Position numbers and translations under genes: made by a program
The notes under the pieces: generated by a model
What the model was told of the DNA's origin: nothing
Database searches by the model: none
Seen by the model: only the letters and a program-made list of their open reading frames with translations
NCBI GenBank assembly: GCA_936911875.1
Contig: CAKZGB010000008.1
Coordinates: 117,359-181,358, forward strand
Origin: an uncultured Lysobacteraceae bacterium
GTDB taxonomy: Bacteria; Pseudomonadota; Gammaproteobacteria; Xanthomonadales; Xanthomonadaceae
Direction: 5' to 3'
DNA: 64,000 bases
Shown: positions 1-10,343 of the stretch, in pieces
Position numbering within the stretch: the first letter of the stretch is position 1
Layout of the letters: the number at the start of each line of letters is the position of its first letter

Positions 1-1590
1 GAAACCAACGATGTACGTACGCCGACCGGCTTTAAACAAGCCTATGAGCAGTACGTTGAGATGGGTTGGCCGAGTCTGGTGTCGCCGCCGGAATACGGTG
101 GTCAAGGTCTGCCTGAAACCGTGGGCATGGCCGTCAAGGACATGATCAACGCATCGAACCTGGCGTGGGGTAATTTCCCCCTGCTCTCGCACGGTGCCAC
201 CAATGCCATCGAACATCACGGCAACGACTGGCAGAAACAAGTGGTGCTGCCGCATCTGATCAACGGCTCGTGGACCGGCACGATGTGTCTGACCGAACCG
301 CAATGCGGCACCGATCTGGGGCTGATCAAAACGCGCGCCGTTCCTAATAGCGACGACACTTATTCGATTACCGGCACCAAGATTTTCATTACGGCCGGCG
401 AACACGATCTGGCCGAAAACATTATCCACCTGGTGTTGGCAAAGCTCCCTGATGCGCCCGAAGGCAGCAAGGGCATCTCCCTGTTCCTGGTACCGAAATT
501 CAATATCGATGCCGAAGGCAATCTCGGCGATCGCAACAACGTCAAGTGCGGTTCGATTGAACACAAGATGGGCATCCATGGTTCGGCCACTTGCGTCATG
601 AACTTTGACGACGCCAAGGGTTATCTCGTCGGCCAACCGAATAAAGGCCTGATGGCCATGTTCACCATGATGAACTCAGCTCGCCTGGGCGTCGGTCTGC
701 AAGGTCTCGGCTTGAGTGATCGCGCCACGCAAAACGCGCTGCGTTATGCACGTGAGCGTCTGCAGATGCGTGCCGCCAATCAGCCGACACGTCCGGACAA
801 ACCTGCCGATCCGATCATCGTGCACCCCGATGTGCGTCGCATGCTGCTGACCAATAAGGCGCTGGTCGAAGGCGGTCGTATGCTGCTGTACAGCGCCGGC
901 CTGCACGCCGATTCCGCCAGCCACGGTAGCGACGCGACAACCGCCGCCACCGACAATGCCGTCGTCGGTTACCTGACGCCGATCGCCAAAGCCTGCATGA
1001 CCGAGTGGAGCATCGAGTGCACCTACAACGCCATGCAGTGTCTGGGCGGCCACGGGTACATCGCCGAACATGGCCTTGAACAACTCGCCCGCGACGCACG
1101 CATCACCACCTTGTACGAAGGCACCACCGGCATTCAAGCTCTCGACTTGCTAGGACGTAAAGTACTGCAACTCAAGGGCGAAGGCATGCAGGCGTTCGGC
1201 GCGCATCTGCTCAAACTGGTCACCGAATGCATGGCCGTGCCGCAATTGGCAGCCCATGCACAAGAGCTCGGCAAGGCAGCGCAGGAACTGCAGGAACTGA
1301 CCTTGCACCTTGCTCAAGCCGTGCAGAAAGACGGCAACGAAGTGGGCGCCGCCGCGTACGACTACCTGATGTACTCAGGCTATGTTGTGCTGGGTTACTG
1401 GTGGTTGCGTGCAGCCAAGACCGTGCTCGATGGTGGCACTTCAGCGGATGCGGAATTTACTGCGGCCAAGCTGGAAACGGCCGACTTCTACTTCGCCCGT
1501 CTGTTCCCGCGGACGCGCACCCATGCGGCTGCAATTCGTAGCGGCGCGGCAACCCTGATGACCATGCCCGATGCGCATTTCGATGCCTGA
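1..1590 (+). CDS. acyl-CoA dehydrogenase, large FadE-like type (5' end outside window)
   Basis: Frame is open from nt 1. Translation carries acyl-CoA dehydrogenase core motifs (TMCLTEPQCGTDLG, GTKIFITAGEHDL, TTLYEGTTGIQALDL) and a long C-terminal extension. Confidence 0.8.
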   Translation, partial: ETNDVRTPTGFKQAYEQYVEMGWPSLVSPPEYGGQGLPETVGMAVKDMINASNLAWGNFPLLSHGATNAIEHHGNDWQKQVVLPHLINGSWTGTMCLTEPQCGTDLGLIKTRAVPNSDDTYSITGTKIFITAGEHDLAENIIHLVLAKLPDAPEGSKGISLFLVPKFNIDAEGNLGDRNNVKCGSIEHKMGIHGSATCVMNFDDAKGYLVGQPNKGLMAMFTMMNSARLGVGLQGLGLSDRATQNALRYARERLQMRAANQPTRPDKPADPIIVHPDVRRMLLTNKALVEGGRMLLYSAGLHADSASHGSDATTAATDNAVVGYLTPIAKACMTEWSIECTYNAMQCLGGHGYIAEHGLEQLARDARITTLYEGTTGIQALDLLGRKVLQLKGEGMQAFGAHLLKLVTECMAVPQLAAHAQELGKAAQELQELTLHLAQAVQKDGNEVGAAAYDYLMYSGYVVLGYWWLRAAKTVLDGGTSADAEFTAAKLETADFYFARLFPRTRTHAAAIRSGAATLMTMPDAHFDA

Positions 1591-1636
1591 TCGGCGTTAC
1601 ACGATTCTGTAAAAAAAGTCGTGCTATAGTCGGCCC

Positions 1637-2332
1637 ATGGAGACCGACTACGCAAGACTGCGTGACGAACCCTCCGGAACGCCGAGTTCGAACTCGGCAC
1701 CGGACTTCGGTCTCGACGCCGCCGAATTTGGCGAGACTGTCCATCCTTCCAACACTCGTCGTACGCCGCAACTGCTGGCGCTCGATGCTCACGGCCGCGT
1801 GTTGAACTGGATCAACTGGCAGGACGCCGCATGCCTTTACTCGCGCGAAGCGATCGCATGGACCTTGGGTGATCCGTGCATTGAACTGCGCGGCGGCATC
1901 TCAAGGGAGCATGGCGAACGCAGCACCCTGGCACTGCATCCGATCATTGCCTCGCGCGGTCACGTTCGCGCTAAAGGTTGGGATCCGACTCCTAATCTCA
2001 CCAACACCGCGCTGTTCGCACGCGACTCGCAGCTGTGCATGTACTGCGGCGAGCACAAGCCTCGCGGCCAGCTCACGCGTGACCATGTGCATCCGGTCTC
2101 TAAGGGCGGTCTGGATATCTGGGAGAACGTCGTCGCGGCTTGCATTCACTGCAATTCGCGCAAGGGCAACCGCACGCCGGCGCAAGCCCACATGCCCTTG
2201 CTGGCCATTCCGTATCGGCCCTCGTGGGTTGAGCACCTGATCCTGTCCAATCGCAATATTCTGGCCGATCAGATGGAGTTTCTCAGGGCGCAATTGCCCA
2301 AGGATGCCCGACTCCGCCAGCTGCTGGCCTGA
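1637..2332 (+). CDS. HNH endonuclease
   Basis: C-terminal HNH nuclease motif: CMYCG..LTRDHVHPVSKGG..WENVVAACIHCNSRKGNRTP. Precise start uncertain. Confidence 0.7.
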   Translation: METDYARLRDEPSGTPSSNSAPDFGLDAAEFGETVHPSNTRRTPQLLALDAHGRVLNWINWQDAACLYSREAIAWTLGDPCIELRGGISREHGERSTLALHPIIASRGHVRAKGWDPTPNLTNTALFARDSQLCMYCGEHKPRGQLTRDHVHPVSKGGLDIWENVVAACIHCNSRKGNRTPAQAHMPLLAIPYRPSWVEHLILSNRNILADQMEFLRAQLPKDARLRQLLA

Positions 2333-2379
2333 GGCCCGCACACCGCAAGCGCGGTGGCGTTTCACGCTAAAATGGGTGA

Positions 2380-4287
2380 GTGAACGCTAACTCCGCACCA
2401 ATGATCGATTCCGAACTGTTTCCGCGTCTGTCGCGCATCCAAGTACCCTCTGATTTGCGCCAAGTCCCCGAGGACGAATTGCCGGAAGTCGCTGCGGAAC
2501 TGCGCCGCTATCTGATTCAGGAGGTCTCCAAAGTCGGTGGCCACTTTGGCGCGGGCCTGGGCGTTATTGAATTGACGGTTGCCTTGCATTGGCTGTTCGA
2601 CACGCCAAATGACCGCCTGGTCTGGGACGTCGGCCATCAGACCTATCCGCACAAGATCCTGACCGGGCGTCGCGATACCATCGCCACGGTCAAGCAGAAA
2701 GATGGCGTCGCACCGTTTCCGAAGCGCGAGGAATCCGAGTACGACACCTTTGGCGTCGGCCACTCCTCCACTTCGATCTCCGCAGCGCTGGGCATGGCGA
2801 TTGCGCTGCAGGCGCAGAACGATCCGCGCCATGTCGTGGCCATCATTGGCGACGGTGCGATGACGGGCGGTATGGCCTTCGAAGCGTTGGCACATGGTGG
2901 TGGTTTGGCCGATGATCCCGAACGGCAGGAACCGAACCTGCTGGTGATTCTCAACGACAACCAGATGTCGATCTCCGAGAACGTCGGTGGTGTGACCAAG
3001 ATGCTGGGCAAGCTCACGAGCTCGGTCACGCTCAACAAGATTCGTGATGGTGCCAAGCAACTGCTCGGTGACAAGCACACGGGGCCGGCCAAGGTTGTCA
3101 AACGCTGGGAAGAACATTGGAAGGGCACGTTCCTGCCTTCGACCATGTTTGAACAGATGGGCTTTCATTACACGGGACCGATTGACGGTCACGACCTGCC
3201 GGCGCTGCTGAAAGCACTGAAATTACTGAAGGATCGTAAGGGTCCGCAGGTGTTGCACCTGATGACCACCAAGGGCAAGGGCTATGAGCTCGCCGAGGGT
3301 GATCAGATCGGTTATCACGCCGTGTCGCCATTTGATCCGGCGCAAGGCATGGTGGCTCAGGTGGGTGCCGTCAAAAAGCCAACGTATACCGATGTGTTCG
3401 GCGATTGGATCTGCGACATGGCCAAGGCCGATTCCAAACTGATCGGCATCACGCCGGCGATGCGCGAGGGCTCCGGCCTGGTGCGTTTCAGCAAGGAATA
3501 TCCGCAACGCTATTACGATGTCGCGATTGCCGAGCAGCACGCGGTGACTTTGGCCGCCGGTATGGCGTGCGAAGGCATGAAGCCTGTCGTCGCGATCTAC
3601 TCGACCTTCCTGCAACGCGGCTACGATCAGCTCGTGCACGATGTCGCGATTCAGAACCTTGATGTGATGTTTGCGATTGACCGCGCCGGTGTTGTGGGCC
3701 CCGATGGGGCGACGCATGCGGGCAATCTCGATATCTCCTTCCTGCGTTGCGTGCCGAACATGGTACTGGCCGTGCCGTCGGACGAGAACGAGTGCCGTCA
3801 GTTGCTGACCACCTGTTACCGGTACGAAGGCCCTACCGCCGTGCGTTATCCGCGCGGTACCGGCCCCGGTGTTACGGTATCGGAATCGCTCGATACTTTG
3901 CCGGTTGGCAAGGGCGAGATTCGCCGTCAGGGACAGGACATTGCGCTGCTGGTATTCGGCACGCCACTCGCCGCCGCCCTGCAAGTGGCCGAAGAATGTA
4001 ACGCCACCGTCGCCAACCTGCGCTTCGCCAAGCCGTTAGATCGCGATCTGATTCTGGATCTGGCCGCCAAGCATCGCGTGCTGGTCACGATCGAAGACAA
4101 CGTCGTGGCCGGCGGTGCCGGTTCCGGTGTGGCCGAACTGCTGAGCGCACAGGGCGTCGGCACGCGCGTCGTGCATCTGGGTCTGCCCGATGCGTTCCAG
4201 CATCACGGCACGCGCGAACAGCTCCTTTCCGAAGCCGGCATCGACGCCGACGGCATCCGTAAGGCGCTGACTCCCCTGCTCGCTTAA
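2380..4287 (+). CDS. dxs: 1-deoxy-D-xylulose-5-phosphate synthase
   Basis: Full-length colinear match by eye to Dxs ([57 protein letters not shown]). Start could also be the M at 2401. Confidence 0.95.
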   Translation: MNANSAPMIDSELFPRLSRIQVPSDLRQVPEDELPEVAAELRRYLIQEVSKVGGHFGAGLGVIELTVALHWLFDTPNDRLVWDVGHQTYPHKILTGRRDTIATVKQKDGVAPFPKREESEYDTFGVGHSSTSISAALGMAIALQAQNDPRHVVAIIGDGAMTGGMAFEALAHGGGLADDPERQEPNLLVILNDNQMSISENVGGVTKMLGKLTSSVTLNKIRDGAKQLLGDKHTGPAKVVKRWEEHWKGTFLPSTMFEQMGFHYTGPIDGHDLPALLKALKLLKDRKGPQVLHLMTTKGKGYELAEGDQIGYHAVSPFDPAQGMVAQVGAVKKPTYTDVFGDWICDMAKADSKLIGITPAMREGSGLVRFSKEYPQRYYDVAIAEQHAVTLAAGMACEGMKPVVAIYSTFLQRGYDQLVHDVAIQNLDVMFAIDRAGVVGPDGATHAGNLDISFLRCVPNMVLAVPSDENECRQLLTTCYRYEGPTAVRYPRGTGPGVTVSESLDTLPVGKGEIRRQGQDIALLVFGTPLAAALQVAEECNATVANLRFAKPLDRDLILDLAAKHRVLVTIEDNVVAGGAGSGVAELLSAQGVGTRVVHLGLPDAFQHHGTREQLLSEAGIDADGIRKALTPLLA

Positions 4288-5165
4288 TAGGCGCAGCGTC
4301 CGGCCTGCAGTTCTTCGTAGCGGCCGGGGAACACTTCCTTGAGATAACTGCGGCTTCGGTCGTAGTCACTCTCCGCCTGCTCAGCCAGCTGCGGATTGAT
4401 CGGTTGCGGCTTGTCGATCCGGATGTAGTGAAAGCCCTGATACGGCACGCGCGCCGCGGCCAATGCGTTACGCATGTTGTCGATGTTGGCTTTGCCGTCA
4501 TCGACCAGTACGACGCGATCAAAACGGTCACGCAAATTCAGACGATCAAGCAGATGAAGCAGCATCACGCCCTTGTCCTGACCCGAAGTCATAAAGACGC
4601 CGTGGTAGTAGCTAAGGGTTGCATGTCGCGCGCCATCGGCACTCTTCCATTCCCAGATGCTGCCTTCGGAATTTCCGTTTAGGGCGCTCGGAAAGTTGTA
4701 GCCGTTGCGCTGCAGTTCGCGCTCGGTAGCGCCGCGGTAATTGCCACTGCGCGAGGTCAGAAACAGCTTGGGCTGCGAGACGGCGTTGAAGATGGCGGGC
4801 GCATCGGCTTGCGTCGGCTTCATAGTCTGCGCTTCGTAACTGAGTGCAATGTAATCGAACTTGCATTTGACCTGTTGCTCGTTCGGCAGGTCTTTCGCCT
4901 TTTGCCATTCGTACCAGTAATCGGATCCGAAAAACTGCTCGGCCGTCAGCACGGTGTCATCGATATCAAACACGAACAGGGTTCGCTGATCCTGCTTCGC
5001 TGCAAAGTCAGCGACTGCCGTTAGGTCATCGATATCGGTGACCACTGAGACCGGCATCACTGTCGAAGGCTGCACGGGCGCCGTCGGCGCTTGTTGCGGG
5101 ACGCTGACACACGCCGTCAGCATCAGACCGGCGAGAAGCACAGGCACCAATTGAGAAGGTTTCAT
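4284..5165 (-). CDS. HAD-superfamily phosphatase-like lipoprotein
   Basis: Signal peptide with lipobox LTAC ([19 protein letters not shown]) and HAD motif I ([11 protein letters not shown]). Start taken at the MKPSQ Met inside the longer ORF. Confidence 0.5.
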   Translation of the reverse strand: MKPSQLVPVLLAGLMLTACVSVPQQAPTAPVQPSTVMPVSVVTDIDDLTAVADFAAKQDQRTLFVFDIDDTVLTAEQFFGSDYWYEWQKAKDLPNEQQVKCKFDYIALSYEAQTMKPTQADAPAIFNAVSQPKLFLTSRSGNYRGATERELQRNGYNFPSALNGNSEGSIWEWKSADGARHATLSYYHGVFMTSGQDKGVMLLHLLDRLNLRDRFDRVVLVDDGKANIDNMRNALAAARVPYQGFHYIRIDKPQPINPQLAEQAESDYDRSRSYLKEVFPGRYEELQAGRCAY

Positions 5166-5657
5166 TGCAATAGGATAGGCGTACGGAAGCTGCCGATAAA
5201 GGGCTCGGCATTGCAATGTTTAAATGGGTGCCCCTGCAACTCCGGTATGGCCTTGATTCGTCGAGTCAGTTGGGCTTTGTGTAACGGAGTCTGAACATCA
5301 ATATTGGAGCCCGTCACTGTCCTGCGATATTCTGCGCTCTAGGCGGTAACGCCGTCTGCCAAACCCCCTTCCCCCGGGCCTGAGTACCTGGGATCACGTT
5401 GGGGGTTTTGCTTTGGCTGAAACAAGTCCTAAGGCAGATTCCCTTGACGATCCTCCGCCATCAATACGCGAACCCTGCTCAACTCGCCTTTGGAGTCGCC
5501 CCTGCGGATCCGCGGCGATACGATGCCTTCCGACGCATCTTTTTCATTGCAGCCAAGGCTCAGGCCGTAACGCCCGTAAAATAATAGATGAAACGGGAAA
5601 TAATAGATGGGGCCGAATCTGAACAGATCGCCGAAACCCTTTGTTTTTCAGTGCTAA

Positions 5658-5704
5658 ATTGGTCGGGACGGCCGGATTTGAACCGACGACCACTTGTCCC
5701 CCAG
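5658..5704. repeat. attL: 47-bp direct repeat identical to the 3' half of tRNA-Pro (partial tRNA copy)
   Basis: attggtcgggacggccggatttgaaccgacgaccacttgtcccccag is identical to 42880-42926. The flanks diverge immediately on both sides. Confidence 0.85.
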
Positions 5705-5792
5705 TGTAGCGGAATGATCAGTCGATTCAATCACTTAGCGGCGTGGAATTTATCCACACCCCGCACTGAAACGGCTCAACCAAGCGGCTCTA

Positions 5793-7007
5793 TCAGCGTA
5801 TTTTATCCACCTTTTCGAGCCTTTCTGACGGCTGAGCGGGCTCAACATAGGCCACGTCGTGATCATAAACAGCGGTCATTGCAGGCGTCCGGTGACCAGC
5901 AGCTTGTTGCTTGGCAGCGCGGTCTCCGGGGGTATCTGTAATGCCGCGATGCTTCAGCCCGTGGAGCTTCATGCCTGCCGGTATGACCCCTTGAGCGACA
6001 GCAGCGCTGCGGCACTTCTTCCAAGCGTCACTAAGGGCTGCGGACGTCAACGGCTCACCCGATAAATTGACGAAGAGCGGGCGAGACGCGCCAAATATAT
6101 TGACCTCGTTCTTGTTACGTGCCCGAACGGCCTTGCGATAGTCTTTCAACGCGGCGACAGCGGATTCGAGGCGGGCATTCCAGTGGGTTAAGGTCGGTTC
6201 GGATCCCTTTAGCCGCTCAGCATAGAGCCCCAATTCAGGGATACACGAAGCGTCCGTCAGCATGACCAGCTCTGACCGCCGCAGCCGGCACAAGTACGCA
6301 ATTTCCATGGCCGGCCAAAGGTACCCAGGGAAGGAATGCCGCTCACCCGGCGCTGCCCTGCGCCCCTCGGATCGAGTGCGGGATTTGATCCATGAGATCA
6401 GTCGCTCGTGGGCATCGCGGGTGGGCATACCATGTTGCCGCTTCTCCCGCTGGGTCTCAACGCCCTGGGCAATGTTCTGGACCATGTATCCGCGATTAGC
6501 AGCCCAACTGAATAGCACGCTTGAGTAGCTCTTGGCCGCGCGTCCCTTCGCCGGCATCGGGACGATTGCGCCCTCGGCGTTTGGCCTCCCGGCCGAGAGC
6601 ATATCAATTACCCGCTGCCAGAATGGGCGAGTCAATCGTTTGGGATCCAAGCTCCCCAGCCGCGCACCTGACTTCAATACCAGCTCGCAAATGGCCTTCC
6701 TGGAATAGCCGTAAGATGCCTGGGTTGCCGCGCCGAGTGAAAGGAAGTGGGGGCTTTTCGTAAATTCGTTGGCAAGCCAGTCGAGATCTCGTTTCGTCGA
6801 TTCGTGACGCGACTCCGCGATTGCATGGAGCTCAGAAAGCGTCGCTCCAGCCCCGGCAACCGTTAACGTCGAGGCCCTTCCGTCTTTCATGAGGCGAACA
6901 TACCAATACCTTCGCGATCGCTTCCAGTAGATGCCGTTCGGCAGCTTGGCTTGATCGATGTGCGACGGGATGGTTGGGTCGAATTTGCGTTTGCGTCCGC
7001 GAGTCAT
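5793..7007 (-). CDS. int: tyrosine recombinase / phage integrase
   Basis: 404 aa with the C-terminal catalytic region (HGLKHRGITD...AGHRTPAMTAVYDHD, ending in Y). Adjacent to the att repeat. Confidence 0.9.
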   Translation of the reverse strand: MTRGRKRKFDPTIPSHIDQAKLPNGIYWKRSRRYWYVRLMKDGRASTLTVAGAGATLSELHAIAESRHESTKRDLDWLANEFTKSPHFLSLGAATQASYGYSRKAICELVLKSGARLGSLDPKRLTRPFWQRVIDMLSAGRPNAEGAIVPMPAKGRAAKSYSSVLFSWAANRGYMVQNIAQGVETQREKRQHGMPTRDAHERLISWIKSRTRSEGRRAAPGERHSFPGYLWPAMEIAYLCRLRRSELVMLTDASCIPELGLYAERLKGSEPTLTHWNARLESAVAALKDYRKAVRARNKNEVNIFGASRPLFVNLSGEPLTSAALSDAWKKCRSAAVAQGVIPAGMKLHGLKHRGITDTPGDRAAKQQAAGHRTPAMTAVYDHDVAYVEPAQPSERLEKVDKIR

Positions 7008-7231
7008 AGGAGTTCGTCTGGGTCATACGCGTTGCTATCGTTTGCGGCCGACCGCGAGATGCCCAGGGCATAGTTGAATGCTTCGAGCGTCGTTACACAG
7101 CCACCATTGCCATCGTATGTAAACGGCACCCGTCTGTCACGCAGCCACGCCTCTACCGTCCGTAGGCGCGGTTTACGGCCGGGGCGGCAAAGTTCCTGCA
7201 GGTCAGCGAATTGGAGAATGCCGGCAACCAT
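7004..7231 (-). CDS. xis: excisionase-like DNA-binding protein
   Basis: 75 aa overlapping the int start. LRTVEAWLRDRRVPF resembles the lambda Xis winged-helix region (LETVRRWVRECRIFP). Confidence 0.55.
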   Translation of the reverse strand: MVAGILQFADLQELCRPGRKPRLRTVEAWLRDRRVPFTYDGNGGCVTTLEAFNYALGISRSAANDSNAYDPDELL

Positions 7232-7387
7232 CGAAAGAGCTACAGCTCCCGTTTGGTCGGCGCGGTCACCACGCCAAACTGAATACGGACCGACTTACCG
7301 GACAGGCTGCCTATAAAGATCCGCAGCGCATTCCAAGGGGTGAGCTTGAACTCAACAGCCCACGGTTGAACGGGATCAGGGGGGCCA

Positions 7388-7702
7388 TTACTCACGATTG
7401 AGCTCCTTGCCCTGGTGGCCATGGCACGCCGATTCCGATGCAGCACGTTCGCTCGGCTGGCAGTTGCTCACTTCGCCCCCCCCTGCTGCCGTTTGGGTTG
7501 AGGCATCGAGATACCGGATATTCCAGGTGGGGTGCATAAGCGAACGATCAGAGGGTTTGGCATCGAACTGGACCCGTAACCATCCAAAGCGCGCCGATCG
7601 AATGGTGCCTCGCCATCTGCTCTGATCGTTGGCGAGAAACTCGATCCGAGCGCCGCGCTTGGCCGGCACGCCGTACGTGTCGCGAATGTATTTGAGGCTC
7701 AT
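7388..7702 (-). CDS. hypothetical phage early protein
   Basis: ORF in the leftward early operon. N-terminal two thirds look protein-like; the C-terminal part is doubtful. Confidence 0.4.
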   Translation of the reverse strand: MSLKYIRDTYGVPAKRGARIEFLANDQSRWRGTIRSARFGWLRVQFDAKPSDRSLMHPTWNIRYLDASTQTAAGGGEVSNCQPSERAASESACHGHQGKELNRE

Positions 7703-7947
7703 AGCACATCACCGCGGGCGAGAAAGCTCGGCGGTTCGACCTGGAATCGCGGTGGCGGCAGTGGCAGCGGAGCAACCGGGCCAAACAGCTCCTTGAATCG
7801 CGTCAGACGGCTTTCGAATGCCAGAAGGCGGTCAAGGTTGCTCTGGTCGTGCAGTTCATCGATGTAGCGCGTGTCGATGATGATTCCGCACCGAACCAGG
7901 TCGGGCGGTGTGCTGGGGAATGCGGGGTCGAGTTGCAGGACTCTCAT
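7699..7947 (-). CDS. hypothetical phage early protein
   Basis: ATGA start/stop overlap with the neighbouring genes, typical of translationally coupled phage early genes. Confidence 0.4.
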   Translation of the reverse strand: MRVLQLDPAFPSTPPDLVRCGIIIDTRYIDELHDQSNLDRLLAFESRLTRFKELFGPVAPLPLPPPRFQVEPPSFLARGDVL

Positions 7948-8291
7948 TTGCCAGACTCCAGTGCCGCTTGAACTGCCGGGCTGCGGATCCGCGCAGTGAT
8001 GCGGGTCAGTTCACGTTGCAGTCGCTCGGACTTGTGCTCGACGGCTGCAAGGCGAGCCATGAACGAGTTGGCGGGCTCAATCGTCGGCAGTCCGCTCTGC
8101 TCGGTCGAGCCTGTGCCAGCGGAAGTCAGATCCCGGACCGTCTGCAGGTCCCTCGCCCACTCGTCTGCGCGGCGCTCGTACTCGGCCGCGTTGATGTCAT
8201 TGCCCAGGGCCCGCTCGGCCTCTGCGATCTTGCGCAGGAAGTCAGGACCTTGCAGCCGAAGTGTGTGCACGGTGGCGACATTGCGGCTCAT
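7944..8291 (-). CDS. hypothetical phage early protein
   Basis: Start moved to the internal Met (MSRNVATV...). The upstream part of the 171-aa ORF is Arg-rich frame noise overlapping the next gene. ATGA overlap with the 8288-8533 gene. Confidence 0.45.
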   Translation of the reverse strand: MSRNVATVHTLRLQGPDFLRKIAEAERALGNDINAAEYERRADEWARDLQTVRDLTSAGTGSTEQSGLPTIEPANSFMARLAAVEHKSERLQRELTRITARIRSPAVQAALESGK

Positions 8292-8533
8292 TTCACAGCC
8301 TCCACGTCCGGCCGAGCAACCGGGTCGTTTTTCGCGGTGGGCGCCTGCAGGTCGGCGATTACAAGGCGAGCGGCGGCCAGTTGGGTCTCGAGGTAGGACG
8401 CCCTGCCCTTGTAGTGAGCGACGGCGGCGTTCGCAAAACTCAGCTTCGACCGATACCACTCGGCATCCCGCTCAAGCGCATCGACGCGGCTGGCCGGCAC
8501 GTAGCCGAAGTACGACATCAGATGTTTGATCAT
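8288..8533 (-). CDS. hypothetical phage early protein (coiled-coil)
   Basis: 81 aa, coiled-coil-like, with 4-nt overlaps to both neighbours. Confidence 0.45.
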   Translation of the reverse strand: MIKHLMSYFGYVPASRVDALERDAEWYRSKLSFANAAVAHYKGRASYLETQLAAARLVIADLQAPTAKNDPVARPDVEAVK

Positions 8534-8760
8534 CGCGAAGCCTCCCGCAGGATCTTGCGGCCCGCTGCAATGGCGAAGGCGGTCGAGCGGCCTTCAACCT
8601 GTAGGGTTCGAAGGGCGGCATGGATGGCCTGATGACGGATGGAGTTGGACACCCCTGCCCTAGTGGCGGCCGTGCGGACCGCTGTGATGGCGGTGCTGGC
8701 CTGGGCGAGGTTGATGACGCTGGCAGTGCAGCGTGCCTGAAGCTGTTGAGCGTGACCCAT
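8530..8760 (-). CDS. hypothetical phage early protein
   Basis: 76 aa, first gene of the leftward early operon. GAGGG SD lies 9 nt upstream, inside the hairpin stem. Confidence 0.4.
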   Translation of the reverse strand: MGHAQQLQARCTASVINLAQASTAITAVRTAATRAGVSNSIRHQAIHAALRTLQVEGRSTAFAIAAGRKILREASR

Positions 8761-8786
8761 AAAAATGCCCTCGAAAGTGAGGGCAT
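8761..8786 (-). terminator. hairpin + U-tract (rho-independent terminator-like) ending the cI operon
   Basis: On the minus strand: ATGCCCTC-ACTTTC-GAGGGCAT followed by TTTT, running directly into the ATG at 8760. Confidence 0.5.
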
Positions 8787-8840
8787 CCGGCGCCAGCCGA
8801 GGGGGCGACTAGCGCCGGGTGCCCATCAGGCGGGTGCCTG

Positions 8841-8891
8841 ATGGGTTAATTAAACGTGGTGTTTATTCAAATGTCAACATGTTGTTTACTC
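8841..8891 (-). promoter_or_regulatory. PL-like promoter with CI operator palindrome
   Basis: On the minus strand: TTGACA (8877-8872), a 17-bp spacer, then TTTAAT. The spacer contains TAAAC-GTGGT-GTTTA (8851-8865), the same 15-mer as at PR, plus an extra GTTTACTC half-site at 8884-8891. Confidence 0.45.
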
Positions 8892-9620
8892 CCCGGTCTG
8901 AGGATAGTCCCCCGAGTCCTCTAGCCAGGTTCGAAAGTCCTGCTCTTCCTGGCTGGTGATTCGAGGCTTGAGATTGCTAACGCGGTCCCATGCAGCATCA
9001 ATTCGTTTGGCCTCCTCTGGACTTGCAAGCGCCTTGCGCCGCATGAAAACCCACCAGTTCAGCTCCACCAAATTTGGGATGAAGCTCGCCCGCAATGGAT
9101 ACGGTTCTTCCGGTGGCAACCATCCGTTTACTTTTGGTGACTCCGAGAACTCGAGTTCAATCCTCTGCTCCCATTCTGTGTTCAATGGTCGACGACCACT
9201 TCCCATGGCAATAGCGTAGGCAGCAGTTTTGCAACGCATGAGATATCGACCAGGAACAGCAGCCAGAAGGGCTTCATAGCCCTCATTTGATCCGGATTTG
9301 TAGTCAGAAATGCTAATTTTCCGGCAGCGGCTTTGGGCCCACTCATGCAACTCTTCATCTGAAACACCGGACATTGCCGATATTTGCTTTGCAAAATGGC
9401 ACATCTTGGCAACTTCACGATGTCGAAAGCCGCGAATCGTTGCAGTGAAGAATGCCACTGCATCAAATGCCTTTATGCCGTCCCCAAGCTGGTCCTCGAT
9501 CTTTCGACGTAATTCGAGCCATCGATCGAGACTATTCGGTTCAGATATGAAAGAGCTCATTGAAAGGGACCCCAGTAAACTGTCACGGCAAAATGGAAAC
9601 GGCTCGCATGCTCGAGCCAA
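8886..9620 (-). CDS. hypothetical protein (244 aa), low-GC cargo downstream of cI
   Basis: ORF directly downstream of the repressor on the same strand and upstream of the terminator hairpin. Visibly lower GC than the flanks. No recognisable motifs. Alternative start at MSSFISEPN (9563). Confidence 0.55.
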   Translation of the reverse strand: MARACEPFPFCRDSLLGSLSMSSFISEPNSLDRWLELRRKIEDQLGDGIKAFDAVAFFTATIRGFRHREVAKMCHFAKQISAMSGVSDEELHEWAQSRCRKISISDYKSGSNEGYEALLAAVPGRYLMRCKTAAYAIAMGSGRRPLNTEWEQRIELEFSESPKVNGWLPPEEPYPLRASFIPNLVELNWWVFMRRKALASPEEAKRIDAAWDRVSNLKPRITSQEEQDFRTWLEDSGDYPQTGE

Positions 9621-9650
9621 ACCTTGGTCTACGCACAGATGTTCATAGAC

Positions 9651-10343
9651 CTAGATCATTCGCTTGATCGACACGTTAACAAGTACACGACCACCGATGA
9701 TCATCTCTTCCGGCGCAGGAAAGTCAGGATAGGCCTTGTTTGTGCTGACAACGTAGAGCTGGTCTCTTGCTTGCAATATCTTGAACTGGGCGCCGTGACC
9801 TGTATTGATCAGGTATACCCCGTCACCATCAAAGTGGGTAATCGAAGTATCAACCCATGCGACTTCCCCGGACTCGAGCACGCCAGGAAGTGAATCCCCT
9901 CGACCCGTCATCAACTTCACGCGCCCCGGCGCCGGTAGGAATCCGACCTTCTTTCGTACTTCGTGCTCGCTGACTTCCAAGATGTTTACCACTTCTGGGA
10001 AGTCTTGATTAATAACTGGTCCACCCATGCCTGCCACCCCATCGATCTGTTCAAGTCGAACGTAGCCGTCTGGCGTTTCATTGCTTGAGACTGAATCCAG
10101 CAGCTCCGTGCCGATGCCTTCAAACACGTAAACCGGATTGATCCCTTTCACGGCAGCAAAGCGTAGAGACGCTTCGGCAGATACGCCGCGGCGCTTCCAA
10201 TTGTTTGCGCTTTGCGGCGTGGCATCGATCCAGGCTGCGATCTCCGTTTGATTTACATCGGGCTCAATCGCACGGGCCGCGTCCAGCAGCCGCTGAAAAC
10301 TTGGATGGGTAGTGTTTTCTTCCATGGGTTTAGTGTGAAACAT
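9651..10343 (-). CDS. cI: CI-like prophage repressor (HTH_XRE + S24 LexA-like peptidase)
   Basis: N-terminal HTH (QTEIAAWIDATPQSANNWKRRG). C-terminal S24 signature GDSL(PG) Ser and the downstream Lys (VSIKRM). Divergent from a cro-like gene. Confidence 0.8.
   Translation of the reverse strand: MFHTKPMEENTTHPSFQRLLDAARAIEPDVNQTEIAAWIDATPQSANNWKRRGVSAEASLRFAAVKGINPVYVFEGIGTELLDSVSSNETPDGYVRLEQIDGVAGMGGPVINQDFPEVVNILEVSEHEVRKKVGFLPAPGRVKLMTGRGDSLPGVLESGEVAWVDTSITHFDGDGVYLINTGHGAQFKILQARDQLYVVSTNKAYPDFPAPEEMIIGGRVLVNVSIKRMI

Noticed and set aside
5661-5704. tRNA-like sequence next to the integrase
   Set aside because: Only the 3' 47 nt of tRNA-Pro with no 5' half. It is the att duplication, not a gene.
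7240-7446. 68-aa minus ORF between xis and the next early gene
   Set aside because: Overlaps 7388-7702 by about 60 nt in another frame, with an Arg/Ser-rich N-terminus. Not convincing.
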